Shown: one piece after another, positions 18,425 to 20,035 of the stretch | How positions within the stretch are numbered: the stretch's first letter is position 1 | Layout: each line of letters starts with the position of its first letter | Assembly: GCF_006345805.1 (NCBI RefSeq) | Contig: NW_021824071.1 | Coordinates: 1-20,035, forward strand | From: Octopus sinensis | Lineage: Eukaryota | DNA length: 20,035 nucleotides | Direction: 5' to 3' | The notes under the pieces: model-generated | What the model was told of the DNA's origin: nothing | What the model saw: only the letters and a program-made list of their open reading frames with translations | The model's database searches: none | Translations under genes and position numbers: made by a program

Positions 18425-19458
18425 AAAATTTTAAAATTTTATTTAGTTTCAGCTCACGAGCTGTGGCCATGCTGGGGCACCGCCATTGGTGTTGCTATAT
18501 GATTTACTTCACGAATGCTTTTTAGCAACTGCCATTTGGTGCATGAGAGAGTTCGATGCAGCGCCCTTATGTGCACTTCTGCCGTGAAGTTGATTCATCC
18601 GGGACACCTGACAGGAAGAGATCCAGTCCTACTTTAAGACATCCGCATCCACCCCATGCAGGTCCCTCAGGTTCTTCGGGAGGATATTGAAGAGCTGTGG
18701 GCCTCTGAAGCCCAGGCTATCACAGTATCTTGTACTACATCTTGATGGCAAATTTGGAGTCCTTGGCACCACGCAGTGGCGCCCAGTTCTGGCATTTGTG
18801 TAACTCTCGATGCAAAGTTTGGGACAAGTCCTTCCAGGATCTTCCAGATGTATATTATGGCATATCTTTCTCGCCTACGCTCCAAGGAATAGAGTTTTAA
18901 TCTCTTGAGTCTTTCCCAGTAGCTTATATGCTGCACAGAGGCTATCTTCTTCGTGTAACTTCGTGGATCGCCTCAAGTTCTGTGATCAACTTGACACTGG
19001 ATGGTGACCATAGCTGAGAGCAATAGTCAAAGTGGCTTAGGACAAGTGTCCTCCAGAGGACCATCATGGTTTCTTGTTCTCTTGTTCTAAAGGTTCTAAG
19101 AATCCATCCTGCCAGCCGTCTACATTTCATTGCCAATTTAGCAACATGTACATGAAAGGTTGCGTCATCACTCAGTAAATACCCAGGTCACGCACTGATT
19201 GTGCCTCTGGGGTGTAATCCCCGGGTCCAGTGTATTCATTGGGTATTGCATTAGTTTGCATGCTGATAGCATAAAGCTTGACACTTTTCAGCATTGAACT
19301 GCATGCTATTCTTTTCAGCCCACTTGTATATTTTGTCCAGCTCACATTGCAGGTGCTTAGTGACTTCAGGTTCTGTATTGCCTGTGAAACTTTTGTATCA
19401 TCTGCATAACTTGTGATCGTGGCTCTCTGCGTGGCTGAGGGCATGTCTGAGAGGGCAT
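18425..19458 (-). mobile_element. 5'-truncated CR1-group LINE: RT motif YADD through ORF2 C-terminus and 3' UTR, frameshifted
   Basis: YADDTK at 19397-19408; GWILRTFRTRE, LVLSHFDYCSQLWSP, SYWERLKRLKLYSLERRRERY...IWKILEGLVPN, RGPQLFNILPKNLRDL and LDLFLSGVPDE in shifting frames. A-rich 3' end at about 18425-18445. Confidence 0.92.
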
Positions 19459-19610
19459 ATATATATTATATATATATATATTATATATATATATAATATA
19501 TATATTTATATACCTACGTGCGTGCTTATGTACATACACGCGCTCGCGGATATATATATATTAATATATATAATATATATATAATATATATATATATTAT
19601 ATACGTGTGT
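19457..19610. repeat. (TA)n microsatellite abutting the LINE 5' truncation point
   Basis: Direct reading of the sequence. Confidence 0.9.
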
Positions 19611-19859
19611 TGTGTACTTTCGCCATTAAATATTTATCAAAATCCAATATGAGCAGATTGATCTGCAAAATAGTTTAACAACAAATGAAGAAGAAGAAAA
19701 AATATCTTTTCTGACGCAGTACCATTTATAATCGCTCAATATCCCGTTTGGTTACTAACATTTTCGTTTGCGATATGTTTACAACAAATTTTAATTTTCT
19801 TTCCTTGGAAAGGTATTCAAATGTTTACAATTGCTTAGATTCGGTGGAATAACAAGCCG

Positions 19860-20010
19860 CACACACACGCACGCACACACATACACACAGCCTCTCCCTC
19901 ATGCAAACACATGCATACACACACATACAAAAACTCAAAAGCCACACACATATCTTTACTTGTGGCTGCGCGTGCGCATGTGTAAGAGTGTGTGTATGTG
20001 TGTATGCATA
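19860..20010. repeat. Degenerate (CA)n/(TG)n tracts
   Basis: Direct reading of the sequence. Confidence 0.8.
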
Positions 20011-20035
20011 TGTTTAAGTCAAACGATAGAAAAAT

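Overview
AT-rich, microsatellite-saturated eukaryotic non-coding DNA (intron or intergenic), probably from an octopus/cephalopod. That assignment is an inference from recalled SINE families, not a database result. No intact protein-coding gene is supportable; almost all supplied ORFs are microsatellite or repeat artefacts. The window holds at least three tRNA-headed SINE families (called A, B, C here), two head-to-tail arrays of SINE B, a 5'-truncated CR1-group LINE (YADD RT remnant), two decayed mariner transposase fragments, a decayed gag/ORF1-like frame with a CCHC zinc knuckle missed by the ORF track, a MITE, hAT-like ends and two foldback structures. Best leads: (1) a ~450 bp palindrome at 15462-15910 with a type I hammerhead ribozyme motif in each arm, resembling Penelope-like/retrozyme motifs; (2) the LINE and SINE A share a 3' end whose terminal hairpin differs in sequence but keeps full pairing, suggesting a LINE-SINE partner pair; (3) an apparent ORF1-only retroelement; (4) same-strand SINE B arrays associated with (AAT)n tracts. 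Two weak + strand exon candidates are noted.
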